Shown: positions 26,855 to 39,705 of the stretch, one piece after another
Position numbering within the stretch: the stretch's first letter is position 1
How the letters are laid out: every line of letters begins with the position of its first letter
Assembly (NCBI RefSeq): GCF_001194135.2
Contig: NC_068984.1
Coordinates: 117,913,865-117,977,864 of the forward strand
Origin: Octopus bimaculoides
Lineage: Eukaryota
Direction of reading: 5' to 3'
Length of the DNA: 64,000 nucleotides
Notes under the pieces: model-generated
What the model was told of the DNA's origin: nothing
The model's input: the letters and a program-made list of their open reading frames with translations, nothing else
Databases searched by the model: none
Translations under genes and position numbers: made by a program

Positions 26855-27124
26855 TTAGAAAGTTAAAAAATTTTTAGAAAAAAACACTGCAACAACAAAC
26901 AGAAGCTGAAGATTATTATGATTGTTAGTGAAGGATCTAACGATGAGAAAATAAATTAGACTTCATTGAATGCTACTACTGCTAATCATTAGCAATCGAA
27001 CCAGCTGATGTGACTTAAATAATATTCAATAACATTATCAGATCATCAGACCAAAAAATTAGATTCTAAAATAAATAAACAGCCTCCTGTCCAGTAAAGC
27101 ATAATGAAGTGAAGCGCACACACA

Positions 27125-27204
<80 letters not shown>

Positions 27205-27786
27205 NNNNNNNNNNNNNNNNNNNNNNNNNNNNNNNNNNNNNNNNNNNNNNNNNNNNNNNNNNNNNNNNNNNNNNNNNNNNNNNNNNNNNNNNNNNNNNNN
27301 NNNNNNNNNNNNNNNNNNNNNNNNNNNNNNNNNNNNNNNNNNNNNNNNNNNNNNNNNNNNNNNNNNNNNNNNNNNNNNNNNNNNNNNNNNNNNNNNNNNN
27401 NNNNNNNNNNNNNNNNNNNNNNNNNNNNNNNNNNNNNNNNNNNNNNNNNNNNNNNNNNNNNNNNNNNNNNNNNNNNNNNNNNNNNNNNNNNNNNNNNNNN
27501 NNNNNNNNNNNNNNNNNNNNNNNNNNNNNNNNNNNNNNNNNNNNNNNNNNNNNNNNNNNNNNNNNNNNNNNNNNNNNNNNNNNNNNNNNNNNNNNNNNNN
27601 NNNNNNNNNNNNNNNNNNNNNNNNNNNNNNNNNNNNNNNNNNNNNNNNNNNNNNNNNNNNNNNNNNNNNNNNNNNNNNNNNNNNNNNNNNNNNNNNNNNN
27701 NNNNNNNNNNNNNNNNNNNNNNNNNNNNNNNNNNNNNNNNNNNNNNNNNNNNNNNNNNNNNNNNNNNNNNNNNNNNNNNNNNNNNN

Positions 27787-27865
<79 letters not shown>

Positions 27866-28404
27866 CATATAGTGATAGGTGAGGCTATCAGAACTACATT
27901 CTACACTTGCTAAGAAGATGTGCAGAAAATGAAAGAAAAAAAAAACAGAAATGGCTTAGGAAACAAACAACATTTTAAGCGTAAAAATCAACTAAAATAT
28001 TAACAGATAGAAATGAAATTGTGGCAAGATGTGATAAGAATTTGAATGTTACATAAAGTAAATAACAACATAAGGAAATTAGTTTCTTCACAGCAAATGA
28101 ATAAAAGGAAGTAGCTGATGGCTGCTGAGGAAATTTTTGCAGAAGTTTTGTGTCAGTTTTCTTGTAGAAATAAACTAGAATACATGAAAAAACTAAAGTA
28201 AGATGAGCCAGCAAAGGAAATTTTTGGTGGTCATTCAATCTGTAAAAAGATTAAATTTTTCTCCCTAGATATACCTTAGTATCTTGAAGAAAAATCTGAA
28301 GTTAATTTATTTATTTATTTATTGTTTGTTTATCTTATGTGTGTGAAATATGGAGCAGTGCCTGTGGCCTTTGTTAGCCTATTTGTCCTGGTGCAATTGA
28401 TATT

Positions 28405-28598
28405 AGCTTCAAATTTTGGCACAGGGCAATAAGTTGGCTGCATCGATCCCAGTATTCAATTGGTACTTAGTTTATTGGTCCCGAAGGAATAAAAAGCAAA
28501 GTCGACCTTGGTGGAATTTGAACTCAGAACATAAAGACAGATGATATGTCGCTGAGCATTTTGCCTGACGTCCTAATGATTTTTACCAACTCACCACT
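28405..28598 (-). mobile_element. SINE family A
   Basis: Core AAAGTCGACCTTGGTGGAATTTGAACTCAGAAC. Confidence 0.8.
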
Positions 28599-28974
28599 TT
28601 GCTGGTAAAATTGATATTGTTAAAGTTTCTTTCGAACCTTTCTCAGTCAACACCTGCCGGAAAGATATAACCATGAAGGGAGTTCCAGAAGTCCAATATT
28701 CCAAGAAGAAAAGATTGGGTGTAGGGGGTCAGTGCAGTGCCTGGGTGTGTTGGACACAACAAGAATGATGGAAAGAAGAGAGAGACAGAAGGAATAGGAG
28801 TGTCTGAGTGAAAGTGTCATGAACTCAGTCAGGTTTGAAGAGCAGAGGTCATTACAGTAATAGGAAAAAAAGCTGAGAAAGGAAACAGTACACCTGTAGG
28901 TCAGAGGCTGGAGAGCATTTGTGAGTAATTTTATGCCAATTAGTATACTTGAGATGCAGCCAAGGATGTCTATC

Positions 28975-29304
28975 ATCATCATCATCATCATCGTTTAACG
29001 TCCGCTTTCCATGCTAGCATGGGTTGGACGATTTGACTGAGGACTGGTGAAACCAGATGGCTACACCAGGCTCCACTCTGATTTGGCAGAGTTTCTACAG
29101 CTGGATGCCCTTCCTAACGCCAACCACTCAGAGAGTGTAGTGGGTGCTTTTACGTGCCACTGGCATGAAGGCCAGTCAGGTGGTACTGGCAACGGCCACG
29201 CTCAAAATGGTGTGGCCGTTGCCAGTACCGCCTGACTGGCCTTCATGCGGATGGCACGTAAAAGCACCCACTACACTCTCGGAGTGGTTGGCATTAGGAA
29301 GGGC
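28975..29304 (-). mobile_element. Family C interspersed repeat ((GAT)n tail) with a fold-back
   Basis: Begins (CAT)n-GTTTAACGTCCGCTTTCCATGCTAGCATGGG, the reverse complement of the 3' end of the 45866-46275 copy; 29107-29304 forms a 93-bp-arm inverted repeat. Confidence 0.85.
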
Positions 29305-29765
29305 GTGTGAAGTAATATCACTGTCTCAGATATGTAAGAGCTGAACTCCATTATGGGCCTTATCTGAACTTTGATAGAGTATCAATATTTATTAGCAGCC
29401 AAGATATCTCCAGACCATGAAGAGAAGTACTGGTCACTGGATTGTGATCCTAGCTATGTTAAAGTTGTACTCTTGTACTTCTTTACAATAAAGAGTTAAA
29501 CACCCTAACCACTGAGCCGCATGTCTTCAGTGATAGTGAAACCCAACAACTGGAGTGACTTCAAGGGTTCCAGTCAATAACTGCCCATGATTAAGAAGGG
29601 TGGGGTGTGATGATGTTTTGGTTACTGGTTGTCCTCAAGGAAAGATGTAATGATCGTGACAGGAGTTCTTTGATCATGTGTGTGCATAACCAGAGCTGAT
29701 GAGGGACAAAACAACAACAAAATATTTTTGGTTGTTTGACACTTGAAAATAATGCTTTTATTTAT

Positions 29766-29968
29766 TTACTCTTTTACTCTCTTACTTGTTTCAGTCATTT
29801 AACTGTGGCCATGCTGGAGCACCACCTTTAGTTGAGCAAATCGACCCCAGGACTTATTCTTTGTAAGCCTAGTACTTATTCTATCGGTCTCTTTTGCCGA
29901 ACCGCTAAGTTACGAGGACGTAAACACACCAGCATCGGTTGTCAAGCAATGTTGGGGGGACAAGCACA

Positions 29969-30020
<52 letters not shown>

Positions 30021-30185
30021 CATATGTACGATGGGCTTCTTTCAGTTTCCGTCTACCAAATCCACTCACATGGCTTTGGTCGGCCTGAGGCTATAGTAGA
30101 AGACACTTGCCCAAGGTGCCACGCAGTGGGACTGAACCTGGAACCATGTGGTTGGTAAGCAAGTTACTTACCACACAGCGACTCC
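29766..30185 (-). mobile_element. SINE family B, full length, young
   Basis: Close reverse complement of 1361-1770, CpGs retained. Confidence 0.9.
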
Positions 30186-30954
30186 CGCACCATTTATTTA
30201 ATTTATTATTTTTTTTTTGTTATTGCTGTTTAACCTTAGGTAAGCCTTGGTTGAAAAGACCTATGTTCAAAGACACTCCAGCCTTAACTACTCTGTTTTT
30301 TCTTGTTTTTAAAATCCTGTATTTGACAATACATTATTCATGTCCTACCTTTTGTTTAAAGATTGTAAGTCATATCATTTGAGGACAGTCTAGCTGCTAT
30401 TTCTAACAATCACTATAACTGCATAAAAGCTGATGAATCTGTCCTCGTTGATGATCATTTTTGATTTAAGTGTGATAATTTTCACAGGAGAGAGGTTAGT
30501 GCCCTCTCCCCCATCAGCTAATGCAGTTACTTCTTTGTAACTGGAACCAGAGATTGATAACAAAGTTTAAAGTTGACTGTAATAATTTGAGACTTCCTTC
30601 TTGAATGGCTTTCCATTAATCTCAAGATAGATAGGAGCCATCTGAATTCAGTACTGCCAATTAAGAAAATGTTCATTATTTATGAAGAAGTCATTTCACT
30701 GCTTACAGCAGAAAGTTGCACATACAACCTGCTATCATTTTACAGCTTTGGAGACTGGATATATTAGAATTGTTTTGTTCATAGCCAATTTGCAGTTCTG
30801 CTGATGGGATTAATATGAATCATCGACCCATCTGTAGTATGTACCTGATTAACTCATTCATATCTGGTTGTCAAAAACAAAACTAAGAAATTTTCAATTT
30901 AGCAGAGGCAATTAGTTTAAATGATATTATAGATCATTCTTTATCAGCTTTATA

Positions 30955-31160
30955 AGGTGGCAAGCTGGCATAATCATTACTGCACAAGCATTTTCTCTGT
31001 CTGTAATGTTCTGAGTTCAAAATATTGCTGGGGTCGATTTTGCCCTTTATCTTTTCGGGATTGATGTACCAGTCAAGCACTAATTGAACTCTGGGGGTCA
31101 ATGTAATTAACTTGCCCCTTCCCCCACCAAATTTCAGGCCTTGTGCCTAAAGTAGAAAGG
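30955..31160 (+). mobile_element. SINE family A
   Basis: GAGCTGGCA-like head (caagctggca), GTTCTGAGTTCAAA, ends GGCCTTGTGCCTAAAGTAGAAAG. Confidence 0.75.
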
Positions 31161-31375
31161 ACTGTTTACCAGCTTTGTTTAGGTGCAGGAAAATTTAATT
31201 CTATCATTTAACAACTTTGAAACAACTAATATTAAGACATGACAAAAAACATTTGTTGTATACCTGATGATCTATGTACCAGAACACCACAAAATACATG
31301 AAGATGAGCAAGTCAATACAAATAACATTTTGATTGGTGAAATCAAATTTAAATTTTCCCATACCCATCAGTATG

Positions 31376-31437
<62 letters not shown>

Positions 31438-31438
<1 letters not shown>

Positions 31439-32325
31439 CCTTTCTACTATAGGCACAAGGCCTGAAGTTTTTGGTGGAGAGAGGAGTAATTAATACTCAA
31501 CTGGTACTTATTTTATTGACCCCAAAAGGATGAAAAGCAAAGTTGACCCTGGCAGAATTTGAACTCAGAACATAAAGCAGATGAAATGCTGCTAAGCATT
31601 TTGCCTGGCATCATAACAATTCTGCCAGCTCACTGCCTTATATAATACTTTCTACTATAGGCACAAGACCTGAAATTTGGTGGGAGGAGTTACGTTGATT
31701 ACATCAACCCCAGTACCCAACTGGCACTTAATTTATCGACCCCGAAAAGATAAAAGGCAAAGTCAACCTCAGCGGAATTTGAACTCAGAACATAGTGACA
31801 GGCAAAACACAGCTAAGCAATTCGTCCAGCGTGCTAATGATTCTGCCAGCTCACCGCCTTACTGCCTTATATAATAATAATAACAACAATGATAGCAACA
31901 ATAATAACGATAATACTAATAGGAGAGTATTGTAGTTTGCTTGAAGCATTGTGTATTGTTTGTAAAGAATAAAACGTTTACAATGGTATAACAATGCACT
32001 ATAATACAAAAAATGGACTATATACCTGTTGTAATTTGGTTATCTATAGTCCAATGATATTTCAGAATTACAATTCCTTCTTCAGATATTCTTAGATGGG
32101 GTCTCTGCTATAAATAATACTAATTCTTTCTAATTTTGGCACAAGGCCTGCAAGTTTTAGGGCAGAATGTAAGTTCATTACATTGACCCCAGTGCTTGAC
32201 TGCTACTTGTTTTATCAACTTGAAAGGATGAAGGACAAAGTTGATCTTGATGACATATGAGCTCAGAACGTAAAGAACCAGAAGAAATATCCTGGGAGCT
32301 AACGATTCCGCTTTTTCACTACCTT
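31438..32325 (-). mobile_element. Cluster of three co-oriented family A SINEs (31438-31640, 31645-31860, 32115-32325)
   Basis: The first two start TTTCTACTATAGGCACAAG and end TCTGCCAGCTCAC(T/C)GCCTTA, head to tail; the third is more diverged. An (AAT)n tail lies at 31378-31437. Confidence 0.85.
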
Positions 32326-33280
32326 AAAAACAACAATAACAATAATAATAAATGGTTTCTGATTTTGATTTATTTACATCCCTGTTAATTTAGCAGTTCA
32401 GCAAAAGAGAATAATAAAGTAAGTACTGAGATCAATTTGTTCACCTAAAACCCTTCAGGGAAGTGCTCCAGCATGACCACCCACAGTCCAATGAATGAAA
32501 CAAGTAAAAGATAAACAGTAAAAAGTAAAAGTGCGGCCTATAAATTTGCCCCTTTCAAAACCCCTGGACTAAATAGATATACTTGATTGATATGCATTTT
32601 ATCAAACCTGGAAGAAAGCATGAATGGTAAAGTTGGTCTGGATGGGATTTGAACTCAGAACGTAAGACATGTGTGTGACTAAGTAGCACAAAACACAAAA
32701 CAGTTTGTCTGGTGTTGTACTAATTCTGTCGTCTACTGGCATTGATAATGATCAATATTGATTAGTTATAGGAGTGATGTTCTCATGTACTCCTTCATAG
32801 AAGACCCTCAGAAAAGGCACACACATGCACACACACATATATATATATATATATGTATGTATATGTATGTATATATATNNNNNNNNNNNNNNNNNNNNNN
32901 NNNNNNNNNNNNNNNNNNNNNNNNNNNNNNNNNNNNNNNNNNNNNNNNNNNNNNNNNNNNNNNNNNNNNNNNNNNNNNNNNNNNNNNNNNNNNNNNNNNN
33001 NGTTCATTTTGTTTTCTGTTTCTTTTCTTGCCTTTGAATGTGATCTACAGATTTATTGATTGGTCAAATCACTTAATGGCAGGGAGAACTCATTAAAATC
33101 GCCGCATTAGCATATTCTATTTAATGCAAACATAAAGGAACTGAAGAAACCAGTTGCACCAAGTAACATACCTTAAACCCTGCAAACCTACCTAATATTC
33201 CGCCACACCACCTTATGCCTCACCCTCCTCCTAAACAACCACTACCACCGCCATCAAATGCAGCACAACCAACAACAGCA

Positions 33281-33325
<45 letters not shown>

Positions 33326-33430
33326 CATGGTGTACATGAATGTTTTATATTCGGAATCAATGTCCTTGATACCAGGTCACCATCAACATTATTGTTATCA
33401 TTCTTATCACAGAAATCTTTATTATTATTA

Positions 33431-33850
33431 TTGAGCGAGAGAGCAACACATGCCATCAAAGTGACATTGGGGTACAAATATAAGAAGCCCAATATACCCA
33501 TCATGACTATCTGTCTGATGAGGGTACACCAGGTACATGCATCACAACTATATATGTGCGACATGGTGATTTCATATCAAGATAAACAGCACATGACCTT
33601 GTAGGTGGAGCCCAGTCAGAATTTTCTTCAGGTTGAGTAACCCATCCTGCTCAAAAGGTCTCTGAATAAGGGTTGTTTAAGGAGGATGAACGAAACACCC
33701 ATGTTTCCAAAGGTGAATTATTCAAACCCCAAAGAATTCCTCTCAACACATGGCTATGATACTCTCCAACTACTCCTGCTCATGATCAGAGATGCACATA
33801 TTGTCATCCACCCAGGGACATGCTCAACTGGTTAAGGTCAAACAACTGAA
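33431..33850 (-). mobile_element. Unclassified interspersed repeat ending in (AAT)n
   Basis: Non-coding, moderately GC-rich block that abuts an (ATT)n run at its left end. Only one copy in the window, so the assignment rests on context and my recollection of octopus repeats. Confidence 0.4.
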
Positions 33851-33937
33851 GGGTCAACATAATCGACTTTTTTGCAGGCCTTGTAACAAAATTAGAAAGA
33901 ATTAGTATTAACTTTATTGTTGCTATTATTATTATTA

Positions 33938-34150
33938 AGGCTGCAAGATGGCAGGCTTGTTAGAATGCCGGGCAAAATGCTTAGCAGTATATCGTCTGCT
34001 GTTACACTCTGAGTTCAAATTCCACTGAGGTTAATTTTGCCTTTCATCCTTTCGGGATCGAAAAGTTAAGTACCAGTTGAGTACTGGGGTCGATGTAATC
34101 GATTATCCCCCTCTCCCCAAATTTCAGGCCTTGTGCCTAGAGTAGAAAAG
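33938..34150 (+). mobile_element. SINE family A with an (ATT)n tail
   Basis: Full head and core; ends GGCCTTGTGCCTAGAGTAGAAAAG followed by (ATT)n at 34151-34197. Confidence 0.85.
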
Positions 34151-34161
34151 ATTATTATTAC

Positions 34162-34197
<36 letters not shown>

Positions 34198-34198
34198 C

Positions 34199-34813
34199 AT
34201 CCAGTAGTCTTATTTTTATCATGTGCTTTCACTGCACTACCAAGCCCAGCTCTGTGTGCCTTGAGTATGTGCTGTGGTTTGTTGTGATGATCTCATTTTT
34301 ACTGTATTGAAAGTGTTTTAGATAGGATGTGTGCAGTACCTAGTAGTGCTATTTCTTTTTTTGTATATTATATATATTTGTTTGTCCTGGTGTTTTTGTT
34401 ATGTATTTGTCTAAATATTTTTTAATCATACCTAATGCACCTACTATGATAGGAATTATTTCTGTTTTTATACTCCACATTCAAGTTACCTCTATTTCCA
34501 GGTCTTTGTATTTTGAATATTTCTCCATTTTTTTTAAGGAAACATTGTCATCTGTTGGTATTGATACATCAATTAGAAAAAAAAATTTTCTTGATGATCA
34601 CTGACAACTATATCTGGCCTATTGATCTTAATTTCTCTACCTGTGTGTATTGGCAGATGCCAGAGTATGGTTGCTTTCTCATTTTCTGTGAACTTTTCTG
34701 GCGTGTGCCTATACCATCTTTTTCCTGTTGTTATTCCATAGTGCTGGCACAGCGTCCACTGTATATAGATCCCAACACTGTCATGTATGTGAATATATTC
34801 CTTCTTAGCTAGG
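34199..34813 (-). mobile_element. 5'-truncated R4/Dong-type LINE: restriction-like endonuclease domain and 3' UTR
   Basis: 34813-34299 translates as LAKKEYIHIHDSVGIYIQWTLC...ILWHLPIHTGREIKINRPDIVV.../LIDVSIPTDDNVSLKKMEKYSKYKDLEIEV...PIIVGALG...IALLGTAHILSKTLSIQ*, i.e. the RHD/RPD/D-x-S-IP/K-xx-KY motifs of RLE-type LINEs; two frameshifts and one stop. Confidence 0.9.
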
Positions 34814-34815
34814 AC

Positions 34816-34855
<40 letters not shown>

Positions 34856-35275
34856 CATCATCATCAACTCTGTAAATATTACCACCCTCATAGCAACACA
34901 GAAATCCCAGTTATCATCAATCATTATCATCCTTTAGTATGATGCAGATCAATCACCGGGGAATTGTTAAAAAAGGAAGAAGAGAATAACAGGTCTTTTA
35001 GCAATATTTATCAAATTCTTCTTATCATTCAGATAATTTGTGAATATTTCATAGAACGCTCTATCAACAGAGGGTGACGTTTAAGGCCTTTATGTATGGT
35101 AGGATGTGAAATATTTGCTTATCAAGCAAGGTATGTTTGTTCAGTCAGTACCAGAGCAGAGCAGAGATTCAATTTCATGTTTGCTGAGTATATAATACAT
35201 GAACAGAGCACTAAACATGAATATGCACACATGTACACACACACACACACACACATGGACACATGCACATACACT

Positions 35276-35325
<50 letters not shown>

Positions 35326-35542
35326 GAGAGAAATACCTCATGAAAAACACACCTTTTAAAAAGAAGGTAATGGCAATTAGAAGAAACATGCCAGAAAGTT
35401 TGGTATAAAACTGTAGGAAATCTAAATGGGAATATGAATTGTTAATGGAGTTAGTTAGTTTTATTGTATGTGTATATATATGTGTATGCATATAAACATA
35501 TGTATAGATGTGTGTGTGTGTGTATACATACAGAGAGAGAAA

Positions 35543-35555
35543 GATAGATAGATCA

Positions 35556-35603
<48 letters not shown>

Positions 35604-35632
35604 GTAGGTAGATAGACAGATAGATAGATAGG

Positions 35633-35668
<36 letters not shown>

Positions 35669-35673
35669 CAGAC

Positions 35674-35708
<35 letters not shown>

Positions 35709-35722
35709 CAGGTAGACAAACA
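35543..35722. repeat. (GATA)n / (GACA)n microsatellite
   Basis: Directly visible. Confidence 0.95.
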
Positions 35723-35748
35723 GATAGACAAACATATATACATAAATG

Positions 35749-35780
<32 letters not shown>

Positions 35781-36543
35781 TGTATGCATGTATGTATGTA
35801 GATTCTTCCCTTCCTCTTTTTAATTTAGAATAAATTTTGACCAACTATCTACTTGGTAGCAAGTAGATGGTTGTCTTCTCTCATCTCTCTTACATTTTTG
35901 TAACGTTTGATTTTTATTCCTTATTAATTTGAGCAATATATCAGTGTCGGTGGTGCACACCGTATTGTTATCATGTTATATCACAATTAGAAAGAGAGAT
36001 GTTAACTGCCAGCTAATTTCTAATGTCAGCCAACAGACTGCTTGACAACAGCAATAGCTTTACCTTCTTCAGAAAAGTAAAACTTGAGTCAGAGATTCTA
36101 TTCTTATCTTCCTTCACTAAGCAATTTTACAACAATCCTTTATACTAACATTTCATATACTAAGTATGTGAGAAAGAAACAGAAAAAAATATACACTAGC
36201 ATTTTTTCTTCATTTTTATATCTCTAAACTGTAGAGGATTTTTTTTTTCCATCTATATTCAAATTATTTAACATGATTGTTCATTTTCCTCATTAAAAAG
36301 TTATATTAATAAAGTTATAGATAGAGTGTTATTAACTAAAGATTAACTCATTAACCCTTTGACTGCAAAATTAAATTTTATGGTTATTCCAGTAAAAATT
36401 TTAAATATCTACCAAAAAGTAGAATTGGTATTTTCTGCAAATCACATTGCCTTAATAAACTTGACATATTTTTAAAACAAATAATTTCAGACATGACATT
36501 CCTCAAGAAAAGATAGATTGGTATATAAAAATGCTTTCTGCAA

Positions 36544-37042
36544 TTAACACTGTAGCATTTAAATCAGTCATATCTAGCCCAAATATTTTACCTGCTCTGA
36601 GTTCAAACCAACCAGATCCAGTTTCTTACACCTATCCTACAATGTCATTTTAAAAATGAACAATCACATCATAGAAATCTCAAAGCTTCAAGATAATGCA
36701 CTATTAATTAAAAACAATGTGAACATGAGCACTCAGAGAGCACAAACCTTCACCAAGGCAACACCAACGTCCTCTCAATGATTAACCAGAGATGATTTTT
36801 AAAATGAGAATATCTGAAATAAATTTGACTGCTCTTACAAACGTAAATACTAAAAATGAACCCGACCGCTCTCAAAAGTTAAGTAAAAAAAACGGCAAAA
36901 TTACCCAGAATCCTTGTCCAGTACCTGATCGATCTCAAAATTTAATCATGAGGTCCACGAACAAACAAACAAGCAAACTCACTGAAAACAATACCTTGAA
37001 TAAACATTACATTTGACAGGGTAATCTGAATGTTAAAGGGTT
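36544..37042. mobile_element. piggyBac-like MITE interrupted by a Helentron-like element
   Basis: Ends TTAA-CACTGTAGCATTT and GAATGTTAAAGGG-TTGA (decayed TTAA/CCC...GGG/TTAA); outside 36722-36998 it aligns with 24812-25031. Confidence 0.6.
36722..36998 (+). mobile_element. Helentron-associated (HINE/DINE-1-like) non-autonomous element, internally deleted
   Basis: Colinear with 43054-43407: AACA(T/A)GAGCACTCAGAGAG...(ACAA)n...GAAAACAATACC. The family assignment is inferred from architecture. Confidence 0.55.
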
Positions 37043-37787
37043 GAGGGTAATGAAATTTTGGGTGTATATATCTGATTTCTGCAGTAAAAGGGCCAAACTT
37101 TGGTTATACACCTAGATAAGGTGTTTGAGACTGAACTCGGAACCATGTGGTTGTGAAGCACATTTCTTAACACACAGCCACGCCTGCACCTATATGATTA
37201 CAATTTTTCAATAGAGTCGAAAAAAAAGACTAAAGGGTAGATTTATGGATATATTCCACCCATCTTTAACTACTGTTGCTCAAATCAAGGCAAGCTTTGC
37301 TGACCACTGCTATCTTCCTCAACTTCATGTCACATGTTATATTTTGGAGGCTTCTGCACCCGCCAGCAGATGATGGAGGCACTCAATTAAATTGACGTTA
37401 TTGGCAGAGACACACAACATGAAATTGAAGATCTATGAAAGTTAATAGGAGACAGAGATTCCTGTTGCAGCATGCAGCATAGCAAGATGCATCTCAATTG
37501 CAGCTGCAGCTACCTGAACATGTAGAATGCCATTTAACCACATATGGGAATTAAATCTACGTTTCAGACTAAGCTCATCACCTGTTTACTTTTTAATTCA
37601 CACTTCTTTTTTTTTTTTCTCTATGCACAGCCATGCGGTTAAGAAGCTGGTTTTGCAACCACACGGTTTCAGGTTCAGTCCTACTGTACTGTATCTTACA
37701 TTTGGCAAGTGTCTTTTACAATGCCCTGGGGGGCCAACTAAAGCCTTGTGGGTAAATTTGGTAGACAGAAATTGTGTGGAAGTCCAC

Positions 37788-37831
<44 letters not shown>

Positions 37832-37881
37832 TGTATGTATGTGTATGTATGTATGTATATGTATGTATGTATGTATGTGTA

Positions 37882-37920
<39 letters not shown>

Positions 37921-38289
37921 NNNNNNNNNNNNNNNNNNNNNNNNNNNNNNNNNNNNNNNNNNNNNNNNNNNNNNNNNNNNNNNNNNNNNNNNNNNNNNNN
38001 NNNNNNNNNNNNNNNNNNNNNNNNNNNNNNNNNNNNNNNNNNNNNNNNNNNNNNNNNNNNNNNNNNNNNNNNNNNNNNNNNNNNNNNNNNNNNNNNNNNN
38101 NNNNNNNNNNNNNNNNNNNNNNNNNNNNNNNNNNNNNNNNNNNNNNNNNNNNNNNNNNNNNNNNNNNNNNNNNNNNNNNNNNNNNNNNNNNNNNNNNNNN
38201 NNNNNNNNNNNNNNNNNNNNNNNNNNNNNNNNNNNNNNNNNNNNNNNNNNNNNNNNNNNNNNNNNNNNNNNATATATATATATATATAT

Positions 38290-38515
38290 ACCCATCAAGT
38301 TGAGCAAAACCACAGTCATGACAGATACAGGTGCCATGCAAATGGCACCTGTGCTGGTGGCACATAAAAGCACACATTACAATTTCAGAGTGGTTTGCAT
38401 TATGAAGGGCAACCAGCCATAGAAACAATACCAAATCATACTGGAGTCTGGTACAGCCTTCCAGCTTACCAGCATGGACAACGGATGTTAAATGATGATG
38501 ATGATGATGATGATA
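38290..38515 (+). mobile_element. Family C repeat, 3' part with (GAT)n tail
   Basis: GCACATAAAAGCAC...GAAGGGCA...CAGCATGGA...GGATGTTAAA(TGA)n. Confidence 0.7.
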
Positions 38516-38704
38516 TATATAGTATGGAGATAGAATTATAATCCAAACTGTGTCCATGTGAAGCATATTTGTATATTCCAGTACTCCAAAATTGTATGTA
38601 TTATTTGATTCTCTGTCTGAAGAATTTCTAATATAAGGTATCTTACATGTTTTTCATATCACAAGAAGTAAAAGGGATTAATATATATGTATATAAGTGT
38701 GTGT

Positions 38705-39012
38705 GTGGAGGCGCAATGGCCCAGTGGTTAGGACAGCGGACTCGAGGTTGGAGGATCGTGGTTTCGATTCCCAGACCAGGCGTTGTTTGTGTTTATTGAG
38801 CGAAAACACTTAAAGCTCCACGAGGCCTTGGCAGGGGGTGGTGGCGACCCCTGGTGTACTCTTTCGCCCCAAATTTCTCTCACTCTTTCTTCCTGTTTCT
38901 TGAGTAATGCTGCGATGGACTGGTGTCCCGTCCAGCTGGGGTGAACACATACGCCATAGAAACCAGGAAACCGGGCCCATGAGCCTGGCTAGGGTTGAAA
39001 AGAAAGAGTGCA
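38705..39012 (+). mobile_element. SINE family D variant, young
   Basis: A-box TGGCCCAGTGG, B-box GGTTTCGATTCCC, V-domain-like GCTGCGATGGACTGGTGTCCCGTCCAG. Confidence 0.8.
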
Positions 39013-39379
39013 TGAATAAAAAAAATATATGTGTGTATGTCTCTGTGTATGTGTTTTTCTCCCGGCAAACCACTTGACAGCTGGTGTAGGTTTGTTTATT
39101 ACCCTGTAATTTAGTGGCTTAGCTAAAAGGAATGATATAGTGAGTAGCAAGCTTAATAAAGAGAAAAATGAAATATTCACCTTGAATTTGAATTTGAGGA
39201 TCACATAAGTGAAATTTATTGTTAAACAACCATATAAGTATTTTATTTGATTACATACATTTTGAGTGCAGTTCCATGGCAGGAGCTGTGTGCACCTTTT
39301 GTATCTGTGTAGAATGTTTAGTGTCCAGTACGTTTCATTTAAATTAGCCAACAATTAGCCAATGCAAGAACCTCTACAT

Positions 39380-39705
39380 CAATGTTTCTCAACCAGGTTC
39401 CATATGGCCCCTGAGGGTTCTTATAAGATTTTTGGGGGTCCACATAACACAATAGTAAATTGGGGGTCCACAATAGTATTTTAAGGGCCCCTGAAAAAAT
39501 TCTGCTTTAGCTGTATGTATTGGTATGTATTTGAAGAAACAGCTAGGTTTCTTACTCAAAGGTTTTACATAGTCCATCCAGCCTACACAATTTAATATGT
39601 AAAAAACAAAATAGGAATTTTAAAAGAAGTGTCTATAAAACTAGTTTTTAAACATCAAAATAATAATCAAAGGGGTCCATAGATAAAAATGGTTGAGAAC
39701 TCTTA
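39380..39705. mobile_element. hAT-Charlie-like MITE
   Basis: TIRs CAATGTTTCTCAACC and GGTTGAGAACTCTTA; 8-bp TSD CTCTACAT (39372-39379) and CTTTACAT (39706-39713), close to the Charlie NTCTAGAN target. Confidence 0.8.
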
